A DNA stretch of 64,000 nt from Eledone cirrhosa (GCA_964016885.1 OZ024745.1:54374001-54438000), one strand, 5' to 3'. Positions 49,111 to 62,449 are shown, counted from the first letter of the stretch. Notes: generated from the letters alone by a model not told the origin. Numbers and translations: made by a program.

Positions 49111-49408
49111 CGGATAGGTGCTCATACTGACATAAATATGAGATAAAATCCCTCAAAAATAGATATGGACACACAAACGCGCATATATAGAATCTTACGT
49201 TAAACCCCACCCCCACCCCAGGCCGCCCCACACACGTACAGATCTGCAAGCGCATTCACGCACATCACCCCCCTCTCCCTTTCTCCCATCCATTATCTCT
49301 AAAGCGCCGTCTTTTCTCCAACTATTTGTGACCATCTATTCCTGTTCAGTGCAAACGCCATAAAGTAGCGGTAATGTCCTCTTTCACTTCAGAATATCTT
49401 TTACAGTA

Positions 49409-49745
49409 GGCGACGAATTGTCACTGAAAATAGAGCAAAAGATTGAATATTTTTCGATATTCGTTCTGGTTCTCTACTTTCAGTGTTCACATCTTTCAAG
49501 GTCAATAAATAAAAAATACCAGTCCTGTACTGGGGTTTGGGTGGGGGATATTGGGATTTTTCCTCCTTCACATACACATAGGTGCATATACTCAAGCACT
49601 CACATTATCTCACACTCTACCTCTCTCACTCTCGTTGTAGTGAGATCCGAAGACTGATAGATTCCAATAGAATTGAGATATGAGATATGACCAAGACACG
49701 ATGTAGGCAATAACGATGCTCCTACGACTTCACCAGGATCCCCCA
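49409..49745 (+). mobile_element. Old, diverged copy of the long-tailed tRNA-derived SINE
   Basis: Head ggcgacgaattg, core catctttcaaggtcaataaataaaaaataccagtc, and tail ccaagacacgatgtaggcaataacgatgctcctacgacttcaccagga resemble the reverse complement of 59670-60006. Confidence 0.6.
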
Positions 49746-49837
49746 AAAAGAAATATCTTATGCCATATTTTTGAATAAATAATTTCCCGAGAGAAAGAGT
49801 TGCGATGTCCACTATCCTTTGCAGGCCATCATCATAT

Positions 49838-49919
49838 TCCTCCTCCTCCTCCTCCTCCTCCTCCTCCTCCTCCTCCTCCTCCTCCTCCTCCTCCTCATCA
49901 TCATCATCATCATCATACT

Positions 49920-49986
<67 letters not shown>

Positions 49987-49987
49987 A
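49838..49987. repeat. (TCC)n-(TCA)n-(CTA)n compound trinucleotide microsatellite
   Basis: Directly visible. Confidence 0.97.
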
Positions 49988-50729
49988 TTTCCATCACATG
50001 TTCGATATACGAAACAAGAAAATCATACACACACGCACGCTAAAAAAATAAAGGAAAGACCTCCATCTTCACTCCACCACATTTAAAGATTTCTATGCCA
50101 AAATGTTATAAAACTTTCACAAGTCTGTGAATGGTTATACTTTTTCTCACCTTTCTCTTTCTTAGTTAGTAACAGATTCTTGATGATGCCAGGTTGGCAT
50201 GATGCTCAGAGTGGCGTGTCGAGGGACCGGACATGCGCTATGCAGGCAGAATAATGAGAACCGACATAAATCGACAACAACAGCTTCACAATGGCATTTG
50301 TGCGGCTCACAGAGGCCGAGACACTGAGCCACTGAGCCACTCCAATACGTGAGCACTCATGACGATGAAGGGTAGCGGTTGATAACACCACCAGTCTGTA
50401 TAGCCAAACATTCAAATGAACACTCAGGTATATGGAAGCAGACAGTATGCTTGATTTAGGGTTCACGGAAACCTCCCACTGGATTTTACCACCAAGTTCC
50501 AGGGAGGTTCAGGTAAACATTTTTTGTTAACCTGATTAGCTTGCTCGTCTTTTCGGCTGCTTGCCTTGTCAATTCACAGCCATTTTTATAATGACTCTGG
50601 CCCTTATAACGTATGTTAATTGCTCTGGCTTCTTCCTAGTCCATTGAACGCTTACCAGTATATCTCGAAAATTGCGTTTCGTTTTGTTTTAGCCGCCGCC
50701 GAAATACGATCTCGCTGAAATTATATTTG

Positions 50730-50747
50730 TATATATATATATGTATA

Positions 50748-50842
<95 letters not shown>
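50730..50842. repeat. (TA)n microsatellite
   Basis: Directly visible. Confidence 0.97.
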
Positions 50843-50844
<2 letters not shown>

Positions 50845-50845
<1 letters not shown>

Positions 50846-51620
50846 GGGATAGTATGGTTACTAAGACCAAGGTCCAAAATGTTATTTTTCTGATATATTG
50901 TTGGTGCAATATGATATTGGGACAAGAAAAACTTATCCATAAAGACGAGAGGTGACTCTACTGCTGCTTTGTCAGCGGTTAAGGTGGAAGTACCTGGTTT
51001 CAAACTATTTGTAGACTATTTAACACAAGGTAGATTAAAATCTCTCACCATAAGTATGTTACCAGAATGGCACTGTTCTATAAAACTCTTAATGCTGTTG
51101 AGACATTCTTTAAAGCACAATGTGGGCGTTTACGGTGCCAGGTTCTAATGACGAACAAAAGAGTTTTCTTTTTGTAGGAAGCAGTTGTTGACTGGAGATG
51201 TCGTTGCACTGTTGGATAAGGTTATAATCTCCACTTTTGGTTGTGTTTTTATCTTTGAAAAGTCTGGATCAGCATTACTGCAGCAGATGGGGATTTTACT
51301 GTGGGTTAGGTGTTCGCCTGGAGTCCCATTTCTGTTAGTGCGTCGAGTTTCTGGAAAATGAGGGAGGGGACAGTCACTTTGCAAACATAGTCTGGGAATA
51401 CCGGCAGATTTTAGGGTTCTGAGTTACGCGTGTTTTAGCGTTCGATTTATTATTTAGTGGCGTTGATGTTATTGTGGGATGTGTGCTTTGGCTTTGGCTG
51501 GTAGTGTTCATATGAATTGTGTTTCGTCCCAGGTAGATGTGTGGAGAGCCTCTGGCGGAGTGAATAACGGCATATTTTAGGGTTTCTTGCTTTTGTTTCT
51601 GTTTCATAGATTTTGACAGT
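50845..51620 (-). mobile_element. Degraded non-LTR retrotransposon (APE endonuclease remnant with possible upstream ORF1 remnant; CR1/L2/Jockey-group-like)
   Basis: The minus frame reads [21 protein letters not shown]...[24 protein letters not shown], matching the APE motifs GDFNLP.I.W and Q...PT...NILDL.L.N, with an in-frame stop. Upstream PKICRYS...DCPLPH resembles an ORF1 Cys/His finger broken by a frameshift. The element may extend to ~52.2 kb. Confidence 0.75.
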
Positions 51621-51695
51621 TCTTTTTTATAGGATTGAGATGGCGATGTAGGAGAAGGATGCAGTGGTTTATTAGCTCAGGTGGAAGAAAGGTTA

Positions 51696-51756
51696 ATAAT
51701 TGTTTCTACTTTTTGGCACAAGGCCAGCAATTACCCAGTACATTACTGGTACTTTA
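51696..51756 (-). mobile_element. 5'-truncated SINE (3' end only)
   Basis: ataattgtttctactttttggcacaaggccagcaattacccagtacattactggtacttt matches the 3' end of the full copies; flanked by ttaataat on both sides. Confidence 0.85.
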
Positions 51757-52478
51757 ATAATAGTAGAAATAGAAGACGATGGTGGTGGTGATGATGATGA
51801 TTATGATGATTATGATGATGATAATTGTGGTGATTGCTGGAGTTGGTCACTTAACGTGTTCAGTGAAAGTGGTGAATGAGAAAATGCTGATGATATAATG
51901 TCATTGAGTAAATCCGCTATTGTGCTGAAATTTAGGAGTGGCTCTTCCTGTTATTGTTTTTGTGGCTTTTGTTTTTGTTGTTGACTTTGGGGCTGTTGTT
52001 GTGACCGCGTGTTGAATATTTGGGCTGTTTTTTCGGCAATATCATTCAGCCACGAATCGCCTATATTTTCAGTTTGGGACAGACGAAATGATATATTTAT
52101 GAGGAGGTCAATTTCATTCTTACACCAATGGCGTTTGTTGTAAGCTGCTGTAAGATGTTGCTGGTTAGTCATCACTTTTCTTCTTCTGTATATTCTCTCT
52201 TATGTGTTTGAGATATTTTATTATTTGAGGATATTAAAGAATAAGGGTATATAATAATGATAATAACAACTTCTGCAGAAATTGAAAGTTTGCAGTTAAC
52301 ATACGTACTTACAAGTTTGTAGGTAAAAACGTGGTTGCAAAAAATATTTTTTCCAGAGTTGCAGAAGAGAGATAGGATGAGTTAGGCTTTGTAGCGTGCT
52401 ACTGACTTTAAGTGAGGATTAAACACACGTCTGTTAACTTCAACAGTACACTAATATATACACATATATATATATACA

Positions 52479-53209
52479 CAGTGGCGGACTGAGTCTAAAA
52501 ATATTGGTGGCCAGGAGATGAAGGGGCTCACCTACATGTAGAATGCTATCATTTAACTTTTATAATGAATAAATAACATTTTCGAAAAATACATAAGTGG
52601 AAACAAAACAGTACAATAAAATTGTTGCGGGAAAATAAAAAAATATTATGTATTTTGCGAAATCCAGAGAATAATGACCAGAAGTCGACCCTAAATATTA
52701 CTAATAACTCTAGGAAAGCCATGAACGACACCACATCTTTTTAACTTTGATTTTGAAAGTAGTTTTATAATTATCAACTTTCCTTATACTTTTGTAGCTG
52801 TCTCGGTGGCCTGGTTGGAGGAATCATAGACGGTGGTGATCCTGGTCTGCAGTTCGATTCTGGTCGGAAGTAGGGTTCCCGGTAAACATTTTTAATTGTT
52901 TCTATTGGTTGTAAAATAAAAACTGAAAAAGGTTACATGACCAGGATTGAAAGCAAGGACAAGATCTTCACCGTCTCTAGTACCTACCGCTAGGCCACAG
53001 AGACAACTACGAAAATCTTATGAAAATTCATACTTATAAACCTACTTTCAAAATTTTCAAAAGTGTTGTGGTGTCGTCCATGTCTTTCTCAATGTTATTG
53101 CTCCTACTTAAGGTCGACTTCTAAATCATTTAGGTGTTCCATAAACTACATCCCCGTTTTGTTTCTCATGTATCTAGATTACATTTTAACCTGTAATCCA
53201 TGTTTCATA

Positions 53210-53264
<55 letters not shown>

Positions 53265-53292
53265 CTGTGTGTGTGTTTGTGTGTTTGTGTGT

Positions 53293-53386
<94 letters not shown>

Positions 53387-53817
53387 CACTAATTGATTGA
53401 CAGATGTCTTTAACCCATTGATACCAAATATTATTTGGTCAGTAGTTCGTGTGTTAGTATATATATGCTTGTGTGTCTGTATCTATATATGTATGTTTGC
53501 ATATGAATAAACTAAGCTTTAGATTTAATAGAATGTACAACCACTGATTCCAACTATTTGCACTATCGTATATTTTGGTTTCTAGTAATTCCCCGGGGAA
53601 TTGGTTGACCAAACGCTTTGGATAATTGTTTTATTTATTTAAAAAAAAAATATTATCTTTGTCTTAGATTTCAGGTATTTTTTGAAAGCAAAGCATTGAC
53701 CCCTAAAATACTACACTGAGACCCGAAATGCTACTGTGGGTTCTTGCAATGCAACCGTGGGTCCCCTGGGCCCCACTTGCCATCGGGCAACCTGACAACC
53801 TGACCAGTCCTCCATTG
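52479..53817. mobile_element. Probable non-autonomous hAT-like DNA transposon (~1.34 kb)
   Basis: Termini cagtggcggactg and cagtcctccattg (reverse complement caatggaggactg) match at 11/13. GC-rich gggccc-type subterminal motifs. Flanking 8-mers tatataca / tatgtata (6/8) are a possible TSD in a TA-rich site. Confidence 0.55.
53210..53386. repeat. (TG)n(CT)n(TA)n compound microsatellite
   Basis: Directly visible. Confidence 0.95.
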
Positions 53818-53856
<39 letters not shown>

Positions 53857-53913
53857 CTTATATACACACACTCACTATGTCTTACCGTCCTTTACAAAAA
53901 AACATGCCTTGTC

Positions 53914-54076
<163 letters not shown>

Positions 54077-54699
54077 CATAGACAAATGCGTAGAAATGTA
54101 TGTAGAAATGATTATTAAAAAAATCTATTCTCTCATATAGACAACGGTTCATATCCCCATGTTGCTGTATATCTGCATTACATCTTTTTATGGCAGAATC
54201 CATAGAAAAATTAGGTTGATAGATGTATAAATAGTTAAAAAGCTTCCAGTGAAAGGCAGCCGGGAGTCATGATACCGAGATCAATAAACGAAAGCGTTGG
54301 TGAATAAGGGGGGTAATTGACGAAATTTTTAAAGAGTTAGACGCTTCAGTGATTATTACGATTCATTCCGTTCTGCGTGTTAGATAAAACACATTTTATT
54401 AAAATAAGCCAACAAGATAGTAGTGGCTTTTAAAACATATACCGAACAAAGCAACAGAAAGCCATCTCAGTATTTTCTTATGAAAATTTCATGACAAAGA
54501 TATCACTAGATCATTGCTGTAAAGATTTGAGCCAAGTCTCTAAGATTGTTCACTTCTTTTCTTCCCACAGGTGTTGGAGGCTCCATAAAGGTTTATAGAT
54601 ACAGCACTTCCTCCTCTGTAAATGTCTTACGTTTTACCTATATTTACGAGTCGGGTTAATATAGGTAAAATATTACCTTAGTTTCAATTGACTTTCCTT

Positions 54700-54838
<139 letters not shown>

Positions 54839-55754
54839 TCATTTCTACTCACGTAAACAAATAAGGAAAATAAAGAATATAATAATATACAAATGAAAAA
54901 AAAGAAGAAAAACAGAATCAATATTTCCGTTCTTCGCAATGCAGTGGAATAGTTTTAACACTTGGCTAGGAACTGTTCTAACATATGTTTCTGTTCATAT
55001 TGATGAAAATCTATAATTATGTATGTACATATTTTTGCGGAATTAAACATATGTGTCTCCATGTTTATTTATATTTCTATCTGTATTTTATTTTTTTTCT
55101 CATTTACTGTTCTATATCATTAGTTCTTTAGACGGTTTAAAATGTAAATGGTGTGAGTATAATAGAGCACATCCGGGTGGTTTGTTTGATATTGTCTTTT
55201 CAACAGACGTTCATTTCACTTCCATTATTGTTGATGTTTCTGATGTTGCTGTTGCCGCTGTGGCTGCTTCTGTTATTGCTGTTACAAGCTGATGTTCATC
55301 TTCATTACAGTTGTCTTAATTTGATGGATGGTTGATTTGGTTGCGATTTCACTATCTAACGTAGTTCAGAGCGATCTGCGGAATATTACGTTGGCTAGCT
55401 ATAACTAAATATGCATATCGCAAACATACAGAGATACATACGCTAACACACAAAGCCACTCACACAGAAGTCCCTACACATACCGCCTCGCAGACACCAA
55501 TATATATTATTTCAAGCGTTAAACTAATATATTTTTTCCTTATACTCTGTCGTTTGCTTTGTTATATAAAGTTATATAAAGTTATATCAGAATGTGTAAC
55601 CGAGATTGCACCAATGTGTATATAACTATACACATGTTGAATATGTAGGCATGTAAGCGAAAATACGACGTTCATTGTAAATTGAAAAGAAATATGTCTC
55701 TAAACACACACACGCACACATATATATATATTTTCAATACACATACACATACAT

Positions 55755-55796
55755 TATATATATATATATATATATATAACTTTTATATATATATGA

Positions 55797-55841
<45 letters not shown>

Positions 55842-55858
55842 CTTTTATATATATATGA

Positions 55859-55900
<42 letters not shown>

Positions 55901-55903
55901 TCA
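55755..55903. repeat. (TA)n tract interrupted by inverted copies of its right flank
   Basis: actttt/tgactttt occurs four times inside the tract (~55779, 55795, 55841, 55856); the right flank is aaaagtca (55896-55903). Confidence 0.85.
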
Positions 55904-55950
55904 GGACACCGACGGCTGAGCTCCAGCCGTATCGACAGCTAGATCCGAAC

Positions 55951-56015
55951 TATATATATATATGTGTGCGTGTGTGTGTGTGTGTGTGTGTATGTGTGTG
56001 TGTGTGCGTGTGTGC

Positions 56016-56082
<67 letters not shown>

Positions 56083-56145
56083 TGTGTGTGTGTATGTTAG
56101 CGTGTATACGCACATACACCCACATCCATATATATATATATATAC
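55951..56145. repeat. (TA)n(TG)n compound microsatellite
   Basis: Directly visible. Confidence 0.95.
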
Positions 56146-56502
56146 AAAAGCCTTTCAGACACCGGCCGTCAAAATTGAAGCACACAGTTTCGACTTCTAC
56201 CGACAGTACTATAAAGATAATCAAATTGAGTATTTCACAAGATTAAAACAACAAAACCTCACGTCAAATTACACGCTAAGGACAAAGACGAATATAATTA
56301 AATGTGCGACATTTAAGTTAACAGTATATGATCAAGAGGGTTAATTAGATCGGAGAGACATATCCTATGAATTTGCAAATCATTTCAGAAACAAAAATAA
56401 GTGTACCCAATACCGTTGAAAACATGTGAATAAGGTACCGAATAAATTTGCACAATCCACATGTTTTCCATAACCTCGAAGAAAATGACTCCATTTTTAA
56501 CA

Positions 56503-56694
56503 ATAATTGTTTCTACATTTGGCACAAGGCCGGCAATTACCCCAGTGAATTACAGGTGCTTTATTTTATTGGCCCCATAAGGATGAAAGGCAAAGCTAAC
56601 CTCGGAGGGATTTGAACTCAGAACGCAAAGGACCATAGCTCTATGCTGTAAAGCATGGTGTCTGATGCTCTAACAATTCTACCAATCCACCGCC
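56503..56694 (-). mobile_element. tRNA-derived SINE, full-length short form (~190 bp)
   Basis: Minus-strand head ggcggtggattggtagaattg (A-box-like) and gagttcaaatcc (B-box). TSD catttttaaca(a/g)taat at 56492-56507 and 56697-56712. Confidence 0.92.
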
Positions 56695-58167
56695 TTCATT
56701 TTTAACAGTAATGTTTCATGGTCGGTAATTTGTTTTAAAAGTTATCTGTTTTAACGCCACCAACGCGTTTATATGAGGTTTTAAGAATTCGCTTCGTTCT
56801 CAGTATTTGGATTTCATGCCTTGTTTTCTTTACGCCCATGCCTTTCTCTTGTAGACAAGCAGTCCAAAGATTAATTAACGGCATCATTCCCTGTTATGAT
56901 AGTCACAGTCTTTCCGTTTTGGACTAGCATATATAAAAATAAAAATAAAATAACCCTACTTACATGGTTGTAATAATTAGGATTCGAAAACTCAATCTTC
57001 GCATGCCATGTAAAACCAGCCAGAAATGGTTTAACTGATTTAAATCACGTGATGTATTCTGCACATTTATTTTCTGATACCAATGTCTTTTAACTCACTA
57101 ATCCAATAGACTTCAGCTTCATGTATTACTTCAAAGATATATGTCTGAAAAACAAAATCATATGTTGAATTCGTACATCTCTTTCTCAGAATAGAAATTA
57201 TATTAGAAACTTTAACCTAATTCAGAACAAGGAAGAGAAAACAATGTAACGTTTGGCATCTAAGGTTATTTCAATCAATGGTTCTGAAGGATTCATTTTA
57301 AATTTACTATTTTTCTTTCGAAAATGTTAATATTGTATGATAAATAGGTTAGAAGTGTATATTATATATGATTTCCTTAGACAACCGATCTTCAAATACA
57401 GTTTCGTGTATTATACCGCATATAAGAGATTTTCCTATTGTCATTACTGTATAGAGAGAATGTAGAAAATTATAAGACGAATATAATAAAAGCACGGCGA
57501 AACGTTTCATAATAGTCTTAAGGAATGAAAACACATTATCTTATGAGAAGCACTTCAAGAAATCCAATACTCTCATGATGAATAACAATTCTGTTTGGTC
57601 GAGAAAGTCAGACAACAATACAGCAGAAGTGTCAAAATCGTTAATTTTTGTTTGAGAATGTATGTGTGCTTGTAAGTATGTATATATGTTATATGTATAT
57701 ATATATATGGATGGATGCATGGATGAATGCATATATGTAAGCATGTATGTATATGTACGTATGTATGTATCCATGGATAAATGCATGTATGCATGCATGT
57801 ATAATAGATTGCATGCAAGCTTGCATATACATATATAGTATGTATGTCATACATACATAGTATGTATTATGCCTAGAATAGTATGTATGTGTGTATGCAT
57901 GTATGTAACATATGTGGAACGGGGAGAATTATGGTCTCGGGTAAGTATACTTCCTTGCAGGTTAAGGATGTAGGGTCATAGGTGACTTGATGTCGAGAAC
58001 GGAAGAATGACAGAGTTAGAACCCCTGACCTCGGCCACATTCGGAGCACTTATAAACGTTAGGCTGCTGTATTTTCCGTAAGACCGAATTACAAATAATA
58101 TAGTTTGGGTAAGATAATATTACAATAACATTTATTGAGTGCTACTAATTATATGTTATCTATCCAT

Positions 58168-58358
58168 GGTGCTGGATTGGCAGTATCAGTAGAGGGTCGG
58201 ACGCAATGCTTTGCGGCATAGAGTTACGGCCCTTGCCATTCTGAGTTCAAATCCCGCCGAGGTTAACTTTGCCTTTCATCCTTACGGGGTCGATAAAATA
58301 AAGAACCAGTAATATACTGGGATAATTGCAGGCCTTGTGCCAAAAGTAGAAACAATTA
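58168..58358 (+). mobile_element. tRNA-derived SINE, full-length short form
   Basis: tggcagtatcagt (A-box-like) and gagttcaaatcc (B-box). TSD taattatatgttat(c/g)tat at 58146 and 58357. Confidence 0.92.
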
Positions 58359-58386
58359 ATTATATGTTATGTATTATACTTTAAAG

Positions 58387-58575
58387 ATAATTGTTTCTAC
58401 TTTAGGCACAAGGCCAGCAATTACCCAGTGCATTACTGGTACTTTATTTTATCTACCCCGTAAGGATGACAGGCAAAGTCAACCTCGGCGGGATTTGAAC
58501 TCAGATCGTAAATGGACGTAACTATGCTGGAAAGCATGGCGTCCGACCCTCTACCAATACTGCCAATCCACCGCC
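58387..58575 (-). mobile_element. tRNA-derived SINE, full-length short form, inverted relative to its neighbour
   Basis: Same family. Perfect 16-bp TSD atactttaaagataat at 58376-58391 and 58578-58593. Confidence 0.94.
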
Positions 58576-58754
58576 CGATACTTTAAAGATAATGTTTACA
58601 AATTTGTGGTTTGGATTGCAACAGTTTTTGATTAGAGGTTTCCTTAATTTTATTATAGAAATGTCTTCTACAGAACTAGAACTTTTTCATTCGTAAGAAA
58701 TCATCGATACCTCTAGACCTGTAGACGTTGTCTCTATAATAAAATAAAAACATA

Positions 58755-58806
<52 letters not shown>

Positions 58807-58911
58807 GTAATAAGAATATTTATATTTATATGTTTAATACAACTATAAATATGGAGGGTAGTACTAAGTACTAGCCGGTTACCGGTATGACAAGAGGCTC
58901 AATGCGCATGT

Positions 58912-58955
<44 letters not shown>

Positions 58956-58956
58956 G

Positions 58957-58997
<41 letters not shown>

Positions 58998-58998
58998 A
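58912..58998. repeat. (CA)n(TA)n(TG)n self-complementary microsatellite
   Basis: Directly visible. Confidence 0.93.
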
Positions 58999-59157
58999 TA
59001 CAGACACACACTGTACTTTGCTGAAAGCCATTTTATAGACATTAATATTAGGAACGAAAATGACTTAGTGACATAAAGTGACCTAATGTTTTACAGAAGC
59101 AAATACCTCAAAGCTCCTTTAGTTCAAAGTATGGTTTCCGCTATATATCATCGATAT

Positions 59158-59320
<163 letters not shown>

Positions 59321-59669
59321 TAAATATACATATGAATCTCTTATTTCATTTCAGCCGATCATCCGATGGAAACAGGGAAGCGTACTCATACAAGATGTCT
59401 TAATTCACCCCCACTGTTTGTCTTTCCAGCCTCTATTTGATGTATGTCAATGACGTTTGCGGGTTGTCTTCTTTGGTTAAACCACCCATGTTTTTCTTTT
59501 CATAGTACTAGATTTAGGATGTCTCACTAAGTAATTACAAAGTAGTTTACCGCCACAAACTTCGCTGAGCTATCGTTTCAGTTAACTTTCGCAGACCCTC
59601 AAAAAGTTCTATATTGCTAGAGTGGGTTTTCCATATGATGTCCAAAACCATTCCTACTATGGAGGAGTA

Positions 59670-60006
59670 TGTATATATGGTCCCGTAACTCCTGGGGGAG
59701 TCGTCGGGGTGCCGTATTGACATACGGCGTTTCTTGGGTATTTTACGCCTAGTGGAACCCATCCCTCTCCAGGCCTGTGTACTGCGGATTTCTTCCCGAG
59801 AAAGATAGGAAGGGAGAGATTGGAAATGAGGAAGAGATATAGAGGAAGTATCGATCCCAGTAATAGACTGGTACTTTTTTATCGACCTCGAAAGGACGAA
59901 AGGCAAAGTTGACCTCGGCGGGATTTGAACTCCGAGAACAGAGACCCGGAATGAATATCATCAATCATTTTATCCGACGTTCGAACGGCTCTGCCAATTT
60001 GCCGCC
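59670..60006 (-). mobile_element. tRNA-derived SINE, long-tailed form (~335 bp)
   Basis: Shares the core actggtactttttt-atcgacctcgaaaggacgaaaggcaaagttgacctcggcgggatttgaactc with the short form but has a different ~190-bp 3' part. TSD tactatggagg(a/t)gta at 59655 and 60009. Confidence 0.88.
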
Positions 60007-60369
60007 TATACTATGGAGGTGTACATTCCGTCAAGCTGATCTTCAAGATTCTGTGTGTGCCCACTTTTCGCGACAACATAGACAACAGAGCTTCATCTGT
60101 TGTAAAACGTCTCTGATCTTAAAACCCCAGCACAGGCTTCCAGATATCTTCCCAATTATGACATTTCATGCCACACGACTGCTTCGCTTTTGTAGATCTC
60201 ATATATTTGGTTTTTGATAGAACTATCTAAGCTTCAGGATATTTGATATATTCAACAATTTTAAAAGCTGCCCAGATTTCATTACTGGATCTGTATGGTG
60301 TCATTTTGTGAATAACCCGAATTTCTTATGTTTTGTTTTTCTACTTTCTATATCTACGTAAGTACGTAC

Positions 60370-60371
<2 letters not shown>

Positions 60372-60400
<29 letters not shown>

Positions 60401-60440
60401 TGTATGTATGTATGTATGTATGTATGTATGTATGTATGTA

Positions 60441-60518
<78 letters not shown>
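60372..60518. repeat. (TATG)n(TG)n microsatellite
   Basis: Directly visible. Confidence 0.97.
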
Positions 60519-60519
<1 letters not shown>

Positions 60520-62001
60520 CCATACTCATTTCGAGATATACACCAACAGAAGACATTTTACGTAGGTGCATCTCAGTGAGATCGAAACCAAACACATATG
60601 CAAAAAAAAACACCATCACATACACACATACACAAACACACATACACAAACACACTCATACACACTCATACATACATATAAATACACATATATGCACACT
60701 CACGTACACATACTCCAATTCACACACACACACATATATATATATATGGTTTGAATATATTTGTTAATGTGATTTTGTGTCAGAGTCTAAAATTTGATTT
60801 ACTCTACTTAATTCAGAATCTTTCTTTGTTTATGTATTTTGATTCATAAAAATATATATTATATTTATTCTTTACATCATTCAAATTTATTCAACACACT
60901 TAGACAATTGGTATTCGTGTGAGTCTGTAAATAAGAGCAGAGAGCAGAGAAACTCTCCATAAATATATATTCTCTTTCTCTCTTCCATGGAAATATTCGA
61001 TGAAATATTCACATCAGTGAGACAACGTGCTTTGCATTTCGATTCTGAAGAATTATATAGGATATATAATATATCGAGATAACTTTCTCACGAATAAACC
61101 CCGAATACTTAGAAAGTTTGGAACGCAACAGAATGTTATATTTGTATTTTTTAATATACGAGTATTGCTGATTTTGAACACTTCTTGTCGATAACATTCC
61201 CCATATTAATTAACAACTGTTCTGTTATGTAGATAAGGATGTCAAATCTAACTGTGGTTTGGTTTGGAGTAGATACAAATAAATACATAAAACCTAGCAA
61301 TCCGTCTGTGGGTAAATGGAGATGAAAGTGGTGAGGACTTTTCTAAATTTCTTGCCCATGTCATAAAAAAAATCAAACATCATCACATACACACACACAA
61401 AATAAATGCTGTCTTCTTGTGTATGAGACTGTTGGTATCTAAGGTTATTGTCGTTCACCTAATCGATATTAGAGATCACTGGTCAGTTTACAGGGCCCAC
61501 AGCGAAGAGGTCCACAGCTTCGAGCCTATAAATGCTTACATTAATGAATGTACGTATTGTATATTCAATAATATATTGTATGTTTATTTAAAAAAACAAT
61601 TTGAAGGCTTTTCGCTATGAATTTAAGGTAGAGACTAAAGTCACATACCTAGCTTTTTTCTTCTTCAAAATAATCTTTTAAAAAATTTTACTAAGAGTTT
61701 TATCTGTGGCTTTGCAAGTACTTTGCTATCGACGGATATAAGCGATTGCATCAATCACTCTACATATTTTCAAGGCAATGGAAAAATGTCCAGGGCTGAA
61801 GTTGAAGTCAAACTGTTTGTGTGTGTGAGGGGCGTCTCTCATTATTTAGTAATAATTGTGAGGATTTGCTTCCATAGTTCCTGTGCGTGTCTCTTAAGTA
61901 ACTTAGTGCTCCTGTACTTTTAGGTCTGTAATCATTTACCCCTTGTGAGTTGATGTATGGCTAACTTTACTGATATTGGTAACCGTGTGTTGATGGGATA
62001 G

Positions 62002-62145
<144 letters not shown>

Positions 62146-62449
62146 GCACGTACAAAGAGACACACACATACACAGTTGGAATCCAGTCATGTACCTTGTG
62201 CATTTCCTGTAAATATTATATTTTATTGCGATCGTTCCAATGTTGGATGAAAACATCACCCAGCAAATTTCTGCTTACCTATGCTGGCATTAAAACTACC
62301 TGTCACTAATGGTCGATTGTGTGTTGAGTGGAGTTGTGAATGTCCTGGTCATCAGATGCTTAAGAACGCATAGCGTCGGAAGAGATACCGCAATGTATTC
62401 TATTTCCTCCGACACTCAAATAATCCCTCCAATTTAATACAGACCTTTG

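Noticed and set aside
50280-50350. tRNA gene (gtggctcagtgg on the minus strand)
   Set aside because: Only an A-box-like piece with no B-box or cloverleaf; at most a degenerate SINE head.
54545-54660. Strong splice acceptor ttcttttcttcccacag and a possible exon
   Set aside because: No convincing donor or recognisable peptide; an isolated acceptor-like motif is common by chance.
57913-58124. Possible short solo LTR (TG...CA)
   Set aside because: No clean TSD, PBS, polypurine tract or second copy in the window.
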